A DNA stretch of 64,000 bases, taken from Ptychomitrium polyphyllum. Its lineage: Eukaryota. This document shows positions 13,001-26,000 of this stretch, one piece after another (within the stretch, counting starts at the first letter, position 1; each line of letters begins with the position of its first letter). The notes under the pieces are model-generated. The model searched no databases and was not told the DNA's origin. It saw only the letters and a program-made list of their open reading frames with translations. The stretch is taken from NCBI GenBank assembly GCA_973851085.1, contig OZ316775.1:18786001-18850000 (forward strand). The letters are read 5' to 3'. The translations under genes and the position numbers were made by a program.

Positions 13001-16000
13001 CCAAGCCACAGGACAGCAGAGAGCAACTCAAAAGCTTGCTCCTGCTCTTTCTCACAGATTTGCACCACATTCATAGCATTCTGTGCACAGCAAAACAGCA
13101 ACGCACCCTCGATATGATCAGTTCCAAGGAACAAAACAAAGCTTTCTGGAATAATTTCGTTAAGTCAATTAAATTTGTTATCTGCCCACTCCTAGCAGAA
13201 ATTATCATTTAATATCCAAAAGAACTTTATACTCTAGTGCTATCTCCACCATGCAAGGCCCAGCTGTACATTGAACGCACCCTTAAAAATTGGAATTGCT
13301 TTGCATCGTCAACATAGTCGATTGACAGACAACTGCTCTGGTTTAGATACCGGTATTCCTTGGCAGATCTCAAATTTAGACGATCTGCTCAAAAATCACG
13401 TAAACCATAGTCGTCAAGTTGAGCAAAATCAGAGAGATTAGAGCAATGAATTTCGAAACTTGCAGACTAACAGTTGCCGCAACTCAAAAAGAAGCTGCAA
13501 AATATACTACAGCAAGGTAAAGGTACATCACAAGAAGATAAATGTACCTCGTAAAGATCCATTAGCTCCAGCACACAGTTGATAGAAAACATGATATGAT
13601 CTTTCACCTTGTGCTTGCTGAACAACCCTCGACTGCAAACAAAAAGTAACCACTGAGTAACTAAGGCTACAGAATAAGAATAAAAGAGGAATGTAGATAA
13701 TATCATTTGCACTCGCCCTGTCCCAGCCCATATTATTCTCAAGCTCTTCTAACCTAGATAAATACTACGATTGCCTAGAGAATTACAGCAGTGAATCCTA
13801 AATTCAGCAAAAGCATACACCAAGAGAGGTCTTACCTTCTCAAGCAAATCTTTTGCAGCCACACATAGTATCGCGAATTCAACAGAAGAACAAAGAAACG
13901 AAGGTCAGAACCTAAGAGTACTTCAAATGGTGGAAACAAACAATTAAAAAATCTCAACAAGCAAAAATAAGAGAACATACAGAGCAAAGACATAGCGACA
14001 TTGACAAGCCTTACAGGTCTGGATGTTCGCCCCACATATTTTCCCGGTTTCATCAAAATGAATGTCAATGAGCTTCCCCTGACAAACAAATTACTCGTTA
14101 ATAAAACTATTAAGAAGGTTCATGATACTGATACATAAACCAAGTTTACCATCTAAAAACGATCATTTATTCAAGGTTGGTTGAGCAAATAAACCAAGCA
14201 GATTGGGAAAGTTCCCACTTCCACATAATCAAAATTCAACATCGGTATACAAATATGAGTTCACAATTAGAGAGTCACTTCGCAAATGATCGATTATGAA
14301 CAATACGTTTCCAAAATTTATGACTTACAAAGCGACTAGAATTGTCATTTCTGGAAGTTTTTGCGTTGCCAAATGCTTCCAAAATTGGATTGGTCTGCAA
14401 AATTTCATCTTCTACCCCACCACCTCCTCCAAGAGCAGCTAAATACTGCATGGCAATTTTTGCTGTTTCCGTCTTCCCTGCACCACTCTCACCACTACGT
14501 ACAGAAGTAAGCATATCATATTCATCAAATAACCAAAGAAAGACCACCACTAACAACCGTATGACCTGAATACATAAACACTAAGCCAAACTAAGAAATA
14601 TTAGATACCTGATAATTATGGATTGGTTGATACCCTCTGCACAAATGAAATCAAACGAAATGGGTGAGCCACAGAACAACACATCTATAATTGCAGAATC
14701 CATAATTGATAAGAATAATCGCTGCATGAACTTTGACAAGGCACCCTAAAGCATCATTTGTCGCCTGTTAACCTCCCAATGAATTTCATCTTTCCACTAA
14801 AATAAGAAAAGCATTGAGATAATCACCTTTCATCATAGCACCAAAGGCAGAGTCAGCTGTCATATACACATGCGGATGGGAGCTTTCTGAAGTTCTATTC
14901 TGATACGCTTGCACGGTCTCTTCTCCATAAATAGGAACTCTCTTGAATGGGTTAACTGCAATCAAAACAGGACCGGCTCTTGTCTGCAAAATCCACAACA
15001 TCAAGTAGGTTACAGATCATAAATAAGATGTTAAAATCTATTTACATCTAATCCATTACACAATGACAATTGGTAAGACATGACCCATACATGGACCTCT
15101 GTTGAGCAAGAGGGAGCTTGCTAGTTCGGACTCTCTACGCTTGAACTTAGTAACGGCCATGATCAGCAGATTATCACAAGGTTCCCTTCAGCTTGCACGT
15201 ACATATATCTGATCTTTTACATATCGGTACTCCAAGTCATGAAGAACAGAAGGCTCATTTAAATAGCTCAATTTTGTGAGATCATCCACTCCTTCCAGTA
15301 TGTCAGGGTTTGCAGGTTGCAGCTTTGATGTACTCACGTTGATCTCCTGAAATGGACCAACCACTAAATAAGAACTTCACAGCCTGCCTAAGAAATTGCA
15401 AAACATAGTCGCCCACATTTCGTAAAAAGCACAAATGAGAAGTCGATGACCAGGAGCATCTCAGAACTCATACTTGTCGATCAAAGGTCCGCACAACAGC
15501 CTCCGTGTCTTCGACGGACAGAATGACTCCAAAAATCCATATGTTTTCTGAGGTTAAGCACCATACACGCAAACTCTGCATGAGGAAGTTCACAAGCATA
15601 AGCACAGCAACTATAATGTATACCCCACCAGTGCAGGGACTGTAATAAACGAACTGCTGCAATTATGTTACAAAAGTAAAACTGCAGTAAAAGCATAAAA
15701 GTGACCATCCCACCATTAGGCTCCAGATTCTAAAAACATAATAACCTCGTTGATAGTTGATTTCAATTGGCGAACAAAATCCATTGACAGTCAACACTTT
15801 GATCGCTGCAGTTCAATTAAAAGCAGTATACTTTCTACAACTACAATGAGTCTTACAATACAATACTACGCCAGAACTTAAAAGGAATTATCAGAAAGGG
15901 TTTGAGCCGGAGCGTATACCTTTCTTAGCCGTAATACTCCATCGTCCTTCCATTTCTTGTTGCCCGGTATAGGTGAATTCAATTCCGGGGGTGAAGTAGC

Positions 16001-16699
16001 GGGTGGAGTAAGCGGTGGAGAAAGGGGTGAAGTTGAAAAAGCGGGTGTTTGTACGAAAGCAAGTTCTTCAGGCCCAAGGACAGATAAACCTGCTAGCACG
16101 GGCTCAGCCTCTTCGTGAGTTACGGAGCCGTTACCCTCCTTTACAGAATCATAAAACGAATCTCCAGAATCTAATTCTGACCTTTCAATCGGAACTACAC
16201 CTGCGCCATTCAATGGGGGTTTACTGTGTTCCAACTTCAACTCACTCGTGCTGCTCGGGACAGTCAAACGTGTTTCAAAAACCATGTGACCATTTTGATG
16301 TGCCTGATCACCAGCGACACTAATTGCAGAATTGAGGCCACTAGGTATTGCTCGTAAACCCCCGGGGGTCGAAAATCGATCACCGTCTCTTTCCAAGGCA
16401 AAACCATTAACGGGCGCCTCAATAATGGCAACAGGACGATCGACTGCACTGTCCTCCTTGATCACATTGATAGAGCTTTTACTTGATGGCGCCACCTTCA
16501 CCGCGCCCGCATTCTGCTGTTTCTTAGCTCGAACGGAAGACGGCAAGCGTGCCCGTGAAGTCGGCCTCACAGGAAGAGGTGGTGGCCTGGTCTCCTCTCC
16601 TGTATCACCTGAGCTGTCCTTCTCTGTGTCATTCGTTCTAAACAAATCCAACATCTCTTCTAAAGTGCTCCGCGGACCGGAGCTCTTCAAAGGAAACAT
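7031..16699 (-). CDS. Class VIII myosin, 23 coding exons, ~1425 aa
   Basis: Motor motifs [36 protein letters not shown] and [10 protein letters not shown], then IQ motifs, a coiled coil and the myosin VIII tail (..[26 protein letters not shown]). Exons traced with consistent phase: 16699-15920, 15575-15474, 15346-15203, 14983-14827, 14636-14609, 14494-14329, 14078-14015, 13849-13836, 13632-13548, 13384-13281, 13080-12942, 12509-12391, 12226-12074, 11464-11375, 11185-11108, 10890-10732, 10516-10334, 10105-9900, 9774-9636, 9341-9212, 8656-8510, 8364-8045, 7801-7031. Confidence 0.96.
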
Positions 16700-17870
16700 C
16701 TTAGAAGAATAAGATGCTATTCAAATCCCCCAACCCACCTCTCGCTCACCTTCAAGTAAGTAGACGCATACCAGTGAACCTCTCCTCTCACACACCAAGC
16801 TCCCACTCGCCAGCTGATCCACACACAGGCCAAGACACTCTACGCTTATTCTTAGTGTGCGCCTCCGCTCAGGGGAATTCCGCATTGCAGACTCGGAGTC
16901 TGGCAATGCCCCCACGCCGGAGACAAACCAGCCGCGTACTCCTCAAACATCTGTCCAATCCACGCACAAACCATAACCCACACCCTCACCCTCTTGACCC
17001 ACAGCGCACCCCTTCAGTGCTCTCCGCCTGCACCTCTCTAATCTGCCTCTCCTGGACGGCTCATGCATACTGACCACCACCAAATCCTCCTCCTCAAACC
17101 AAGCTCGCAAACTCACTATCTGCCACACCACACAAAACCTCTCCTCCGGTCCCAGAAACCCTAAAGACCACGCCTATCCCTAAACCGCTGCAAATTGACC
17201 TCCGTGGATTCGCAAGAACCATAAGTGGGCCATGAAGTCAAGCAAACTAACAAAGAGAAGCCGAAGCCGCCGCAATGCAATGGTGGACAGCGAGCTGGGG
17301 CGATTGGCATCGTGATCTGGTCCACTGCAGCCTCACCTCGGTTTACCCTAGATCTCGACCTCCACTCTCTCCACTCTCCATGGGAAAACACTGCTGTTGC
17401 GACCTAGAGCAAAGCAGCGGAGCTTCCCTCACTGCTCTCCGCGGGTGCGAAACGCAGTGTCGGCTAAGCGCAGCTCCAGCGAGGGTCCACAGAGAGCATC
17501 TCCACAGCGAACTCGCTAGCTCCGAGGTTGCAGATGGCATTCCACAGGCCACCCTTCGAGGCCACCAGCACAAAGTGCAAAAGCACGAGCTTCAGCACGC
17601 TGGGCAGTAGTTTCACTCCCCCGTCGCTGGAAATCGCACTGCTTCCCATTTTTCCCTTCCTTAGTGCTGACGTCGTGGCTTCGTGGTCTCGTGGCTTCAT
17701 CGTATAGGCTGGGCTTACCCGCGGTAAAATCCGTGGGTTTCCAAGGCATTGAACGAATCTTTCTGGCTTCCTTCCCGCATGCCGACGGGGAACGTGACGT
17801 TGATATGTACCTGACCTGGTCATATCAGCAGGAGGGCGTTCCTCCGCGGGAAAGGTAAATCTCGTTCAGA
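16700..17870 (-). promoter_or_regulatory. GC-richer 5' leader/promoter of myosin VIII with a probable 5'UTR intron and a telo-box
   Basis: On the minus strand TCTTATTCTTCTAAG directly precedes the ATG (acceptor-like); donor candidates GTAAGC (~17717) and GTATGC (~17070); AAACCCTAAA at 17156-17165. Confidence 0.45.
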
Positions 17871-20012
17871 GGTGAATGCATGGGTTGTGAAGGAGCTTCC
17901 TCTTTTTTTCAATAATTGGGGGCTCATGAATATGGTGTAGAGAAGCTTCCTCCTTTTTGGAAATGATTGTGAAGTTACATTTTGGTGTTTTTGGTGCCAT
18001 GTTTTACGATGTTTTTACTTTAGTATTCTTTTGAGGATGGAGTCTTAAGGTGAGTATTTCTAAAGTGAGCATTGATTTTGTGGTACAAAGATGGTTGCGG
18101 GTGGTTGCTATGGCACCCATCTTTATTTGTAGGCTAATTATTTTCATGTATTTTAGAAGTGCTTGTTGATTAACTACAACCTCCAAATTTTTGGAAGTCT
18201 TTATTTAATATTTTTAAAATGTACACTTACAATTTTTAGAACCATTGGATTTTTTCCTTAAAAGAAGAAGAACAGTGATCCCCTTAGGAATGGACAAAAC
18301 CAAAGAGTGTGTAGAATAGTCATCATTCTTCCTTTCATTATGATGTCAAAAACATTCTTAAATTTTATTTCAAAGAAATTTTGACCTATAGACTAAATTT
18401 AAAATAAAAGCTCGATAATAACAGAAATCATCATTGCCTCTGTGTGGTCATCATTGCCTCGGTGTGAATGGTACACAACATGAAACGAACTCTGAATTAT
18501 TTGTTATTAAAATAAACCATGATGCTGATCAGGACCTGTTTATTGATAACTCATTGAAAATGTTGACTCTGTCACACAGCATGAAGTGTGAGTCTTTGAT
18601 CGCTTTAACGAGGTTACTTCCGAGCTATGAATGATCTTTGAAAGTATAGCTTTGAATCAGCTCCCTCTTCCGGTCTGGATGGAAAGTTACAACAGAACTG
18701 CAAGTGCCGAAGTGCTGGAAACTTAATGAAATCGTCTGACTTTTTCCTTTGCTTTGAAATAAAGGACTTAGATGTATGTAGTTTAAAAATCTCCCGCCTA
18801 ACTCCGTTTCCACCTTCATCATCAGCTCAGCCGTAACTCACTCTGATTGCACTGTAGAAGGCCAGCGGGGTTTCTCCTTTAATGAGCTGTACACGCTTTA
18901 CAGGGTGGAATTTATGGAAAGAAATAAGTACGTTGCCTCAAACTCCAGGGATTGAGCCAAACTAGTAAAGGAGATTCTCAAGAGTCATGGTCCCAGATGA
19001 GCAACTTGCCAGACAGAAAGCCTGGTCGATATGGATATTCATTCATCAAAAGCATTTCCAGATTACTTCCTGAACATTCGTCAGCCGTTTCGGTGGTTTA
19101 CCCTAATCTGTGATTTCTTTAGTTTTATTAGTTGTTTAAATCCAGCACTAGAACATGCGTTGCAAATAAAAAATCATTTGCTTAGTCCAAAAATTTAGTT
19201 TGTTTGCATTTTTTGCTAAGCAGAACTTCCTCAACTTTTGTTTCTAAAATGTGTTCTCTCTATAGTCTTTTTCTCTATATAAATGATAGTCTATAAATGA
19301 AGCAATTTCATTTTGGAAATACAGGTAGCCGATTTTGAGCACCAACGATTTTGAACAAGTAGATTGACCTTAGGCCCCAACATTTCATAGATTCCTCATC
19401 GGTTCATCAAAAAACATGGTAAAACATATCTTTGTTCCTTTTGTGGCAAAAATTAGTTCAAAATGTGTCTTCCAAAATTTTCTTTATAAAGTGCTAAAAT
19501 GTACCAAAAAGGGACCTTTTAAGATCACACAAAATCATAATTTAAAGTGTAAAATTGCAACAGAATTCCTGTCAGACTTCCAGCTCAATTATCTAAATCC
19601 GTTAGAAAGAAACAACTTCCTAAGCTGATGGAGCAGATAGATACTCGAAATGAGATTATTGAACAAAGTTCAATCTAAACAAGTTGATTTCAATTACTTT
19701 ACCAGTATAATCTTATTATCATCTAGTGATTCCCAGATCTAGGCTGTACAAATCATACCCATCCGCGTTACAGCAACTCAGCTGCATTTCCCCATCGCAT
19801 GATGCCTTGCTTCAAGAAACCTAAAACAAATCTCACACCATTTCATGCTCCACACCAAATCTCAGATCGTCCAGTGCAAGAGAAAAATCAGTTATATCAA
19901 GCAAAATATATTGAGACTGTCTCGGACATTAGAGGAGGTAAACAATGCTCATGTGAGTATCCCGGAGATGACAATCATTTACTGGGAATCTGACTTCTAC
20001 AAAAACCCAGTA

Positions 20013-23000
20013 TCATAACTCAAAACTACTGGCTAACTGTTGGAGACCAACCCACGTGTTTAATACTTCCACTTTGGTAGCAAAAAGTCGCGTCCTATTC
20101 CAGGTCAGATTTTGCCAGGGTTTGCTGTTACCCATTGCTGAAGTTGATGACAATGTTTGCCTTCGGTGGTAATCTTCAGCAAATTTTGAAATGTAATCTT
20201 CCTCACAAATAGTAGTACAATGCACAACCTGCACACAAACATATCAAACTACTGTCAGACATTTAGGATATGCTACTTCAACTAGAACGCTCGACAGCAT
20301 AGTAATAACTTCATGAGCCTCAAAATCAACTCACTTTAGGACCCCGTTGACATGCTTGTTCCAGGACCAATCTCAAAATCATTGCCTCGCTTTCTTCAAG
20401 GTCACCGTCAACACCCTTGATAAGCCAAGAGGTGGGCCCCATGTCTCCTAGTGGTGGTTCTCCTTGTATGCTTACTCGTTTATGTCTACGCACCACAGAT
20501 CTAAGCACCTGAGGCAACGATTCTCCTAATCCAGCTTGATTTTCATTAAGGTGAGGAGACATTTGAGCTAATGCAATGATTGATGGACAAAACGTCGACA
20601 CATCTCCTGCTAATCCATGAAGTCCAAGTAATGTGGCTGCCTGATCACCGCTAGCCCAGCACTCGGCTACAGCAGATCCATCATCTACAAGAACAACGCC
20701 AAAATGTGATTCAGAGATATTTTGTTTGCGTACACATTTGTATTCTAATGGTTTAAGTATAGGATTTGCATCATATAGTGATTAACAGAATAACATAGCA
20801 ACCTAATTAAGGGTCATAATTAACAGCACGAATTACACTTCTATCAAGCTCCAGATTCAATCAAGCAGATACATCCCTTCGAAAAAGCTCCCACCTATTA
20901 TGAAGCAACCCCAGTTAACTGCAATATCTCGAGCCATATCGTCCTGCACAGATAGTATATCTGCAGACAATTTTCTCTGTGACAGTGACCTGGAAATCCG
21001 CCACTCCAACTCAAGTTCTAACATGGACACAACCTGAAATGTGCACGGATACAAAAAAAGCGCGTTCCCAAATTATTGCGATGGAGACTAAGATTTGAGC
21101 CAGCATCAATAGAAGTACAACCTTGAAATTGATGCAATTGACTACTTCATGAATGTATACTTCAAAGATAAGTAGATGCGTACCCTGCAGTGAACCTTAA
21201 GGTACTTCTTTCTCGATGGCAACGCACAAATGAAATCATTGAGAAGATCTACAACCGTAATATTTTCTATGAGACCCTCTTGCTCCTGATGAGGCAAGCT
21301 GTTCAAACTCAGCAGTTTGCTTTTGTGCGATAAGTTGTGAAGTCTTTTCTCTACACTTTCAATAAGCACGTCTGTAGTCGGCATACCAACAAGTAGGTTT
21401 TCACCCCTGCACAAATCACGACAACCCGAAAGGTTCACACAAAAAAGTGTAGAACATATGAATTTTTTTCAATTAAGACATGAGTGGCAGTCCATTTTTA
21501 AGAACAAGAACGTGCTTGCTAACCTTCGGAAGAGGATTCTTCGGAAACATGCCACAGCGCCAGGCCCAAACCCCAATGGTCGTACATACTTATCGAAGTT
21601 GATCTGAATTCTGATCTGCGATTTTAGACTTGAATGTTAATGAACCCGGAGTCTCACAGTCCCGTCACTTTCTGTCTAGATTAAGTTAATACAAGAGTTT
21701 GTGCTTACCAGCTGGTCAGTACACAGGTCCCGGAGCTGAAAGAGTGTCGTCCGTCGCTGTGCACAGCCTGAGAACCTCGAACATGTTGGCTCCTTGAGGT
21801 TGTCCTCACCAGTTGAAATGAAATCGTTGGAACACTCTATTGATTCAAGTTTGCCTTGGATGGACACTACCTCTCCTTGCAAGGAGAATATATCAGATGA
21901 TGCTTCCAACTTTACTGCGCTGAGTACATCACAAATCTCTCCAATATTACTACCGGTTTTTGATGAAACGGCGGGGGAATGAGAAGTAGGCCGAAGAGCT
22001 TCACTGACGGTTAGTACTTGAGGAATCAATTTTCTTTTCAAGGACGCTAACCAATCTCTGAGTTCATCCCCCAAGGCATTAGGCAAAGTTAATATAATAT
22101 CGACAAGTTGTGGCTTGGAAGTCAAGGTCCTCTCACTCATCTCTTCGGTGTCAGCATTGGAACATCCTCTCAGACTGATTTTTTGAGTATCTTCACTTTC
22201 AGTAGCACATTTTGTCAAGTCCAAGTTTGAGTCGGATAGACTATGTGGAATAAAGGATGAATTCGTTCCCCTCCCCAACAAAATTGTCTGCTGCAAGTTT
22301 TTCGTGTCTGCTTGTGACAGTTGAAAATCTACTGCGTATCTCCACTGAAGACTGATGAGCGGTTGTTTGGCGTCAATCTCCAACTTTGTGGGTGCAGAAC
22401 TCAAGTCTGAAGAGTTGAATGTTAATAAGTTGTCTTGCAAAATAGGTAGCAAACACCAATCTCCTGTATTGAATACCTGTAAGAACAACAGCAGTATGCG
22501 AATCAATAACAATACAAAAAATCAGCGAAACACATGTGTGCTCGTGCTGTCGTGGAGTGCAATGGGGCTCTAGCTGACAATACCCGACTTAACGTTACTT
22601 AAATCAAAGCCTGAGCAGAGAAGCTTGATTGTGAACATTGATACCTGACTGCTTTCAATGGACCTCCAGTTAACTGCTAGTACAATTTTCTGCAATTTAG
22701 CCTCTGACAGACTAGCCCAATGTTCTTCCTTAGTGGCACAACATAAGCCTGATGTGGACGTTCTTACATAGCAACCTCTCGTTACCAGTGACGCTGACAT
22801 GGTACAACAGGGCTGAACAGCAGATTTCTTAAGCCCAGAACGCTGCTCAACAAGACAACACACACAGCATTCTATGAGACACCCGGAATTAGCCAAGATT
22901 GAATCGTGTGCATGTGTTTTAATGCCTCCAAGTCGCTCAAGTCTGTGTCTCTGATGTCCTAGAGCCTGAACTGCAACCTGATCCGGGCTTCCAATCGCTC

Positions 23001-26000
23001 CTTGCACTTTGCTCGAACTAAAATCGAAGTTTTGCAAGGGCGGGACAACAGTGGTACTGCAGGCGTCATTATCTTCATAAATAAAAAGGTTGTAGGGAAT
23101 AAGCACAACTTCAACATCCAATGCCCATTGCTTTTCCCTGTCTAGAGAAAACTGCAGACAAAATGCACAAAATAAGTTTTTGATAAATTTTTCTCTTAGA
23201 AAGTTCGAAGTATCAGCATCAAGGATGCAGAAAAAAAGACGTTGATAAAGTACCTTCCGTCTGACTGGATATTTATGTGTAATGAGTGCAATATTGAACT
23301 CTTTACCCTTCCAGACATCTGCTGGACTGTTCTTCACATCACTTGTGCTAAGAAGATCCATGGCTGCTTCAGATTCGCGGCTTTGAAGTTCAGAAGGCCA
23401 AGTTAAGCCCTCTAGTTCCTTTGCATATTGAAGATAAAACTTCACATAATAGGAAAGCGATTGAGGTATCATGTTCTCAAGTACTGAACCTTTTAGTAAG
23501 CTGGACCACGAAAGTGGTGAAGATAAATTGTTGATTTTTCCAGCTGCAAATATATCTGAGGCTTCGTATTCTCCTTCCATAACCAGCTTATATCTAGCAA
23601 TCTGAAACAAGAAAATTATAACGTCACTTAAAGGAAATAATAATGAATCAAACAGCTTAAAATGGCAAATACAACAATCTTATGCCACTCATCTACAGCA
23701 TAAACAGGATTACTGGATCAAAATTCAACGTAAAATTATTAGTTCTATTAAAGACCTGGTAAACACAATGTAGGTTTGAAAGAGAGCGGAGGTCTGGAAC
23801 GACGACATCAAATGCTCCAGTAGCATCCACCAGCTGGAGCTTTCCAGTGGATTGACACACCTGTACAGAAGAAGAAACTGTGAACAAAAGACATATCTGT
23901 GAAAAATATACAGCTACAGTCAGGTCATCTAAAGGCCCTGAAACCTCCAATAATTGACACTTGCCCTGTGTTTTCTTAAGTAAACCTCCATTGTCCAGGA
24001 GTTGCTGCCACGAAACACACCCTTGCCTAAAAGTAGAGATGAAGAAAACTTTTAAATATCCATACTATGGAGTTGAAAAGTCATTCTTAGTTGCAAAGGC
24101 TGACCTTCAGAGAACCTAGGAGCACAACACCTAGTTTTGCACTTGATATTATATTGCGGACATAGCACGAGGTCTGTAAGACTAATGGCTTGCAGAACCT
24201 AGCTCGTGATTCGGAGTTATCGTCAATTTTTATATGTTCTTTGTGCGAAATTGATGAGATAGGATCGATCCATAACATCTCAACATGCTTACAAAAGTTC
24301 GATAATGGTGGAACCTGCATAAAATTAAACAAAATTTAATCCAAATAATTATTCAGACAATAATGGTACTACAGTTGTCAATGCATAAATAGTATGAAGC
24401 AGAATCTCCACGGCCAAAGGTTGGCAGTTAGCAACTGCCATTGGGTGTCAACAACTCCTGTTCAGTTCATAATTCAGGTGTCTCGGGGGAGTGAACATCA
24501 ATACGTACTACCCTAGAAAGCACTTTCTCAATAAGGCTGAGTTGCAGTACACCATAATCAAAGAAAATGGAACCTAATTTCAGAGCACACTGATGTAAAT
24601 TGTAAATGTTATCTCTAATATAGGCTCATAATTGGAGCTTACCTTAGACAATAAGACTGATGCGGAAGTGTCTTCTAGTAAACAAAACTGTTCGTGCAAA
24701 AGAAACTCCTTGAAAGCATCCTGTGCCCTGACCAACGTGAGGACTTAGACCAAAAGAAATTCTTCATGCTCATTTCTGCCTCTAAAACACATTCTATCTT
24801 CCCTTCATAAATTCTCACGTGCCATCCTACCTTCAAATGATCACATTATCAAGGTTCTATTCTTGCTTTTCAAAAGAAAATATTTTTAAAAACAATCAAT
24901 AATCAAAGAGCAATGTACTTACTCGATGAAGAGAGACAGTCGTTCCCATCATTGATGGTAAAACTTTCCGTATAAGACCAGCATGCTATTGTCTTGCACA
25001 TATACAAGACAAACTTCAAAATTTGCTAAATCTTAATATCAAGGCTAAAAAAACATGGACAGTACAAACTCACATGAATGAAAAACAATCGTACCATTTG
25101 GATTCAAGCAAAGGGAGGGGCTAAGTGTCTGTGCTTGCAACATAATGAATTCCAAGATTAGCTATCTCTTCCTAAGTGCTGGAACACAAACATCAGCAGA
25201 GGACAGGAAGAGTCATTGTGGCACACCTTCATAGAACCTAGCAGCTCTTTATCGGAATATACTCCTTGAAATTTGCACTCTATGCTAGTAATCACATGTA
25301 TGACCCTGCAGGAAAAGGTGCACATAAATACCGTGACTCGATTCTTCAGAAGGGAATTAGTTCACCATAAGGGAAATGAATTTCTTTGAAGTTTAGGTGA
25401 GAATTCAATTTACCAAAAGGCCCAAGCAAAGGGAAGGCTTCCAATATATTTATTCAATCGGCTCTGAAAAACTTGTGAGATCCGTGATCTGGAAAAAGCA
25501 GCAGTAGCAGACCAAGTTTGTCATCCTGTTTTGTGATGGCATCGTTCGTATGATACCGAATTCAACAAAGCAGTCCACATTTGTCGTTAATTCGCAAATC
25601 ATCAAGCCTATTCGACAACTAAAGATAGTTGTTCAGGAAAAACAAAACTGGTTAAGGCATAGTCCTTCAAGAATATTATAACCCCAAAAATTGTACAGAT
25701 TACCACGCCTTGCTTGTATCAGATCGGCAAAAAGCATGGACATCAGCCCTATGACCACCAAGCTGCCTAAGTTGTTTTTGAAAAATCTACATTGTTGTTC
25801 TCAAAAGAATCCGTGCTGAACACGATCAGAACAAAACTTAAATATAAAATGAAAGCACAGCTTACCCAGCATTCCAAATGGAATGAAGAATCACCCACAC
25901 ATGGGACCTTAAGCAAGCTCCCAGAACCAGCACTTTCTCTGAAACGCTTTTCAGAATCATAATGTGGGCATGTCTTACAGCAACCTGCATATCCTTGCTT

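Noticed and set aside
16714..17858. Cluster of overlapping 60-120 aa ORFs on both strands
   Set aside because: Expected in a GC-rich leader/promoter region; none resembles a known protein.
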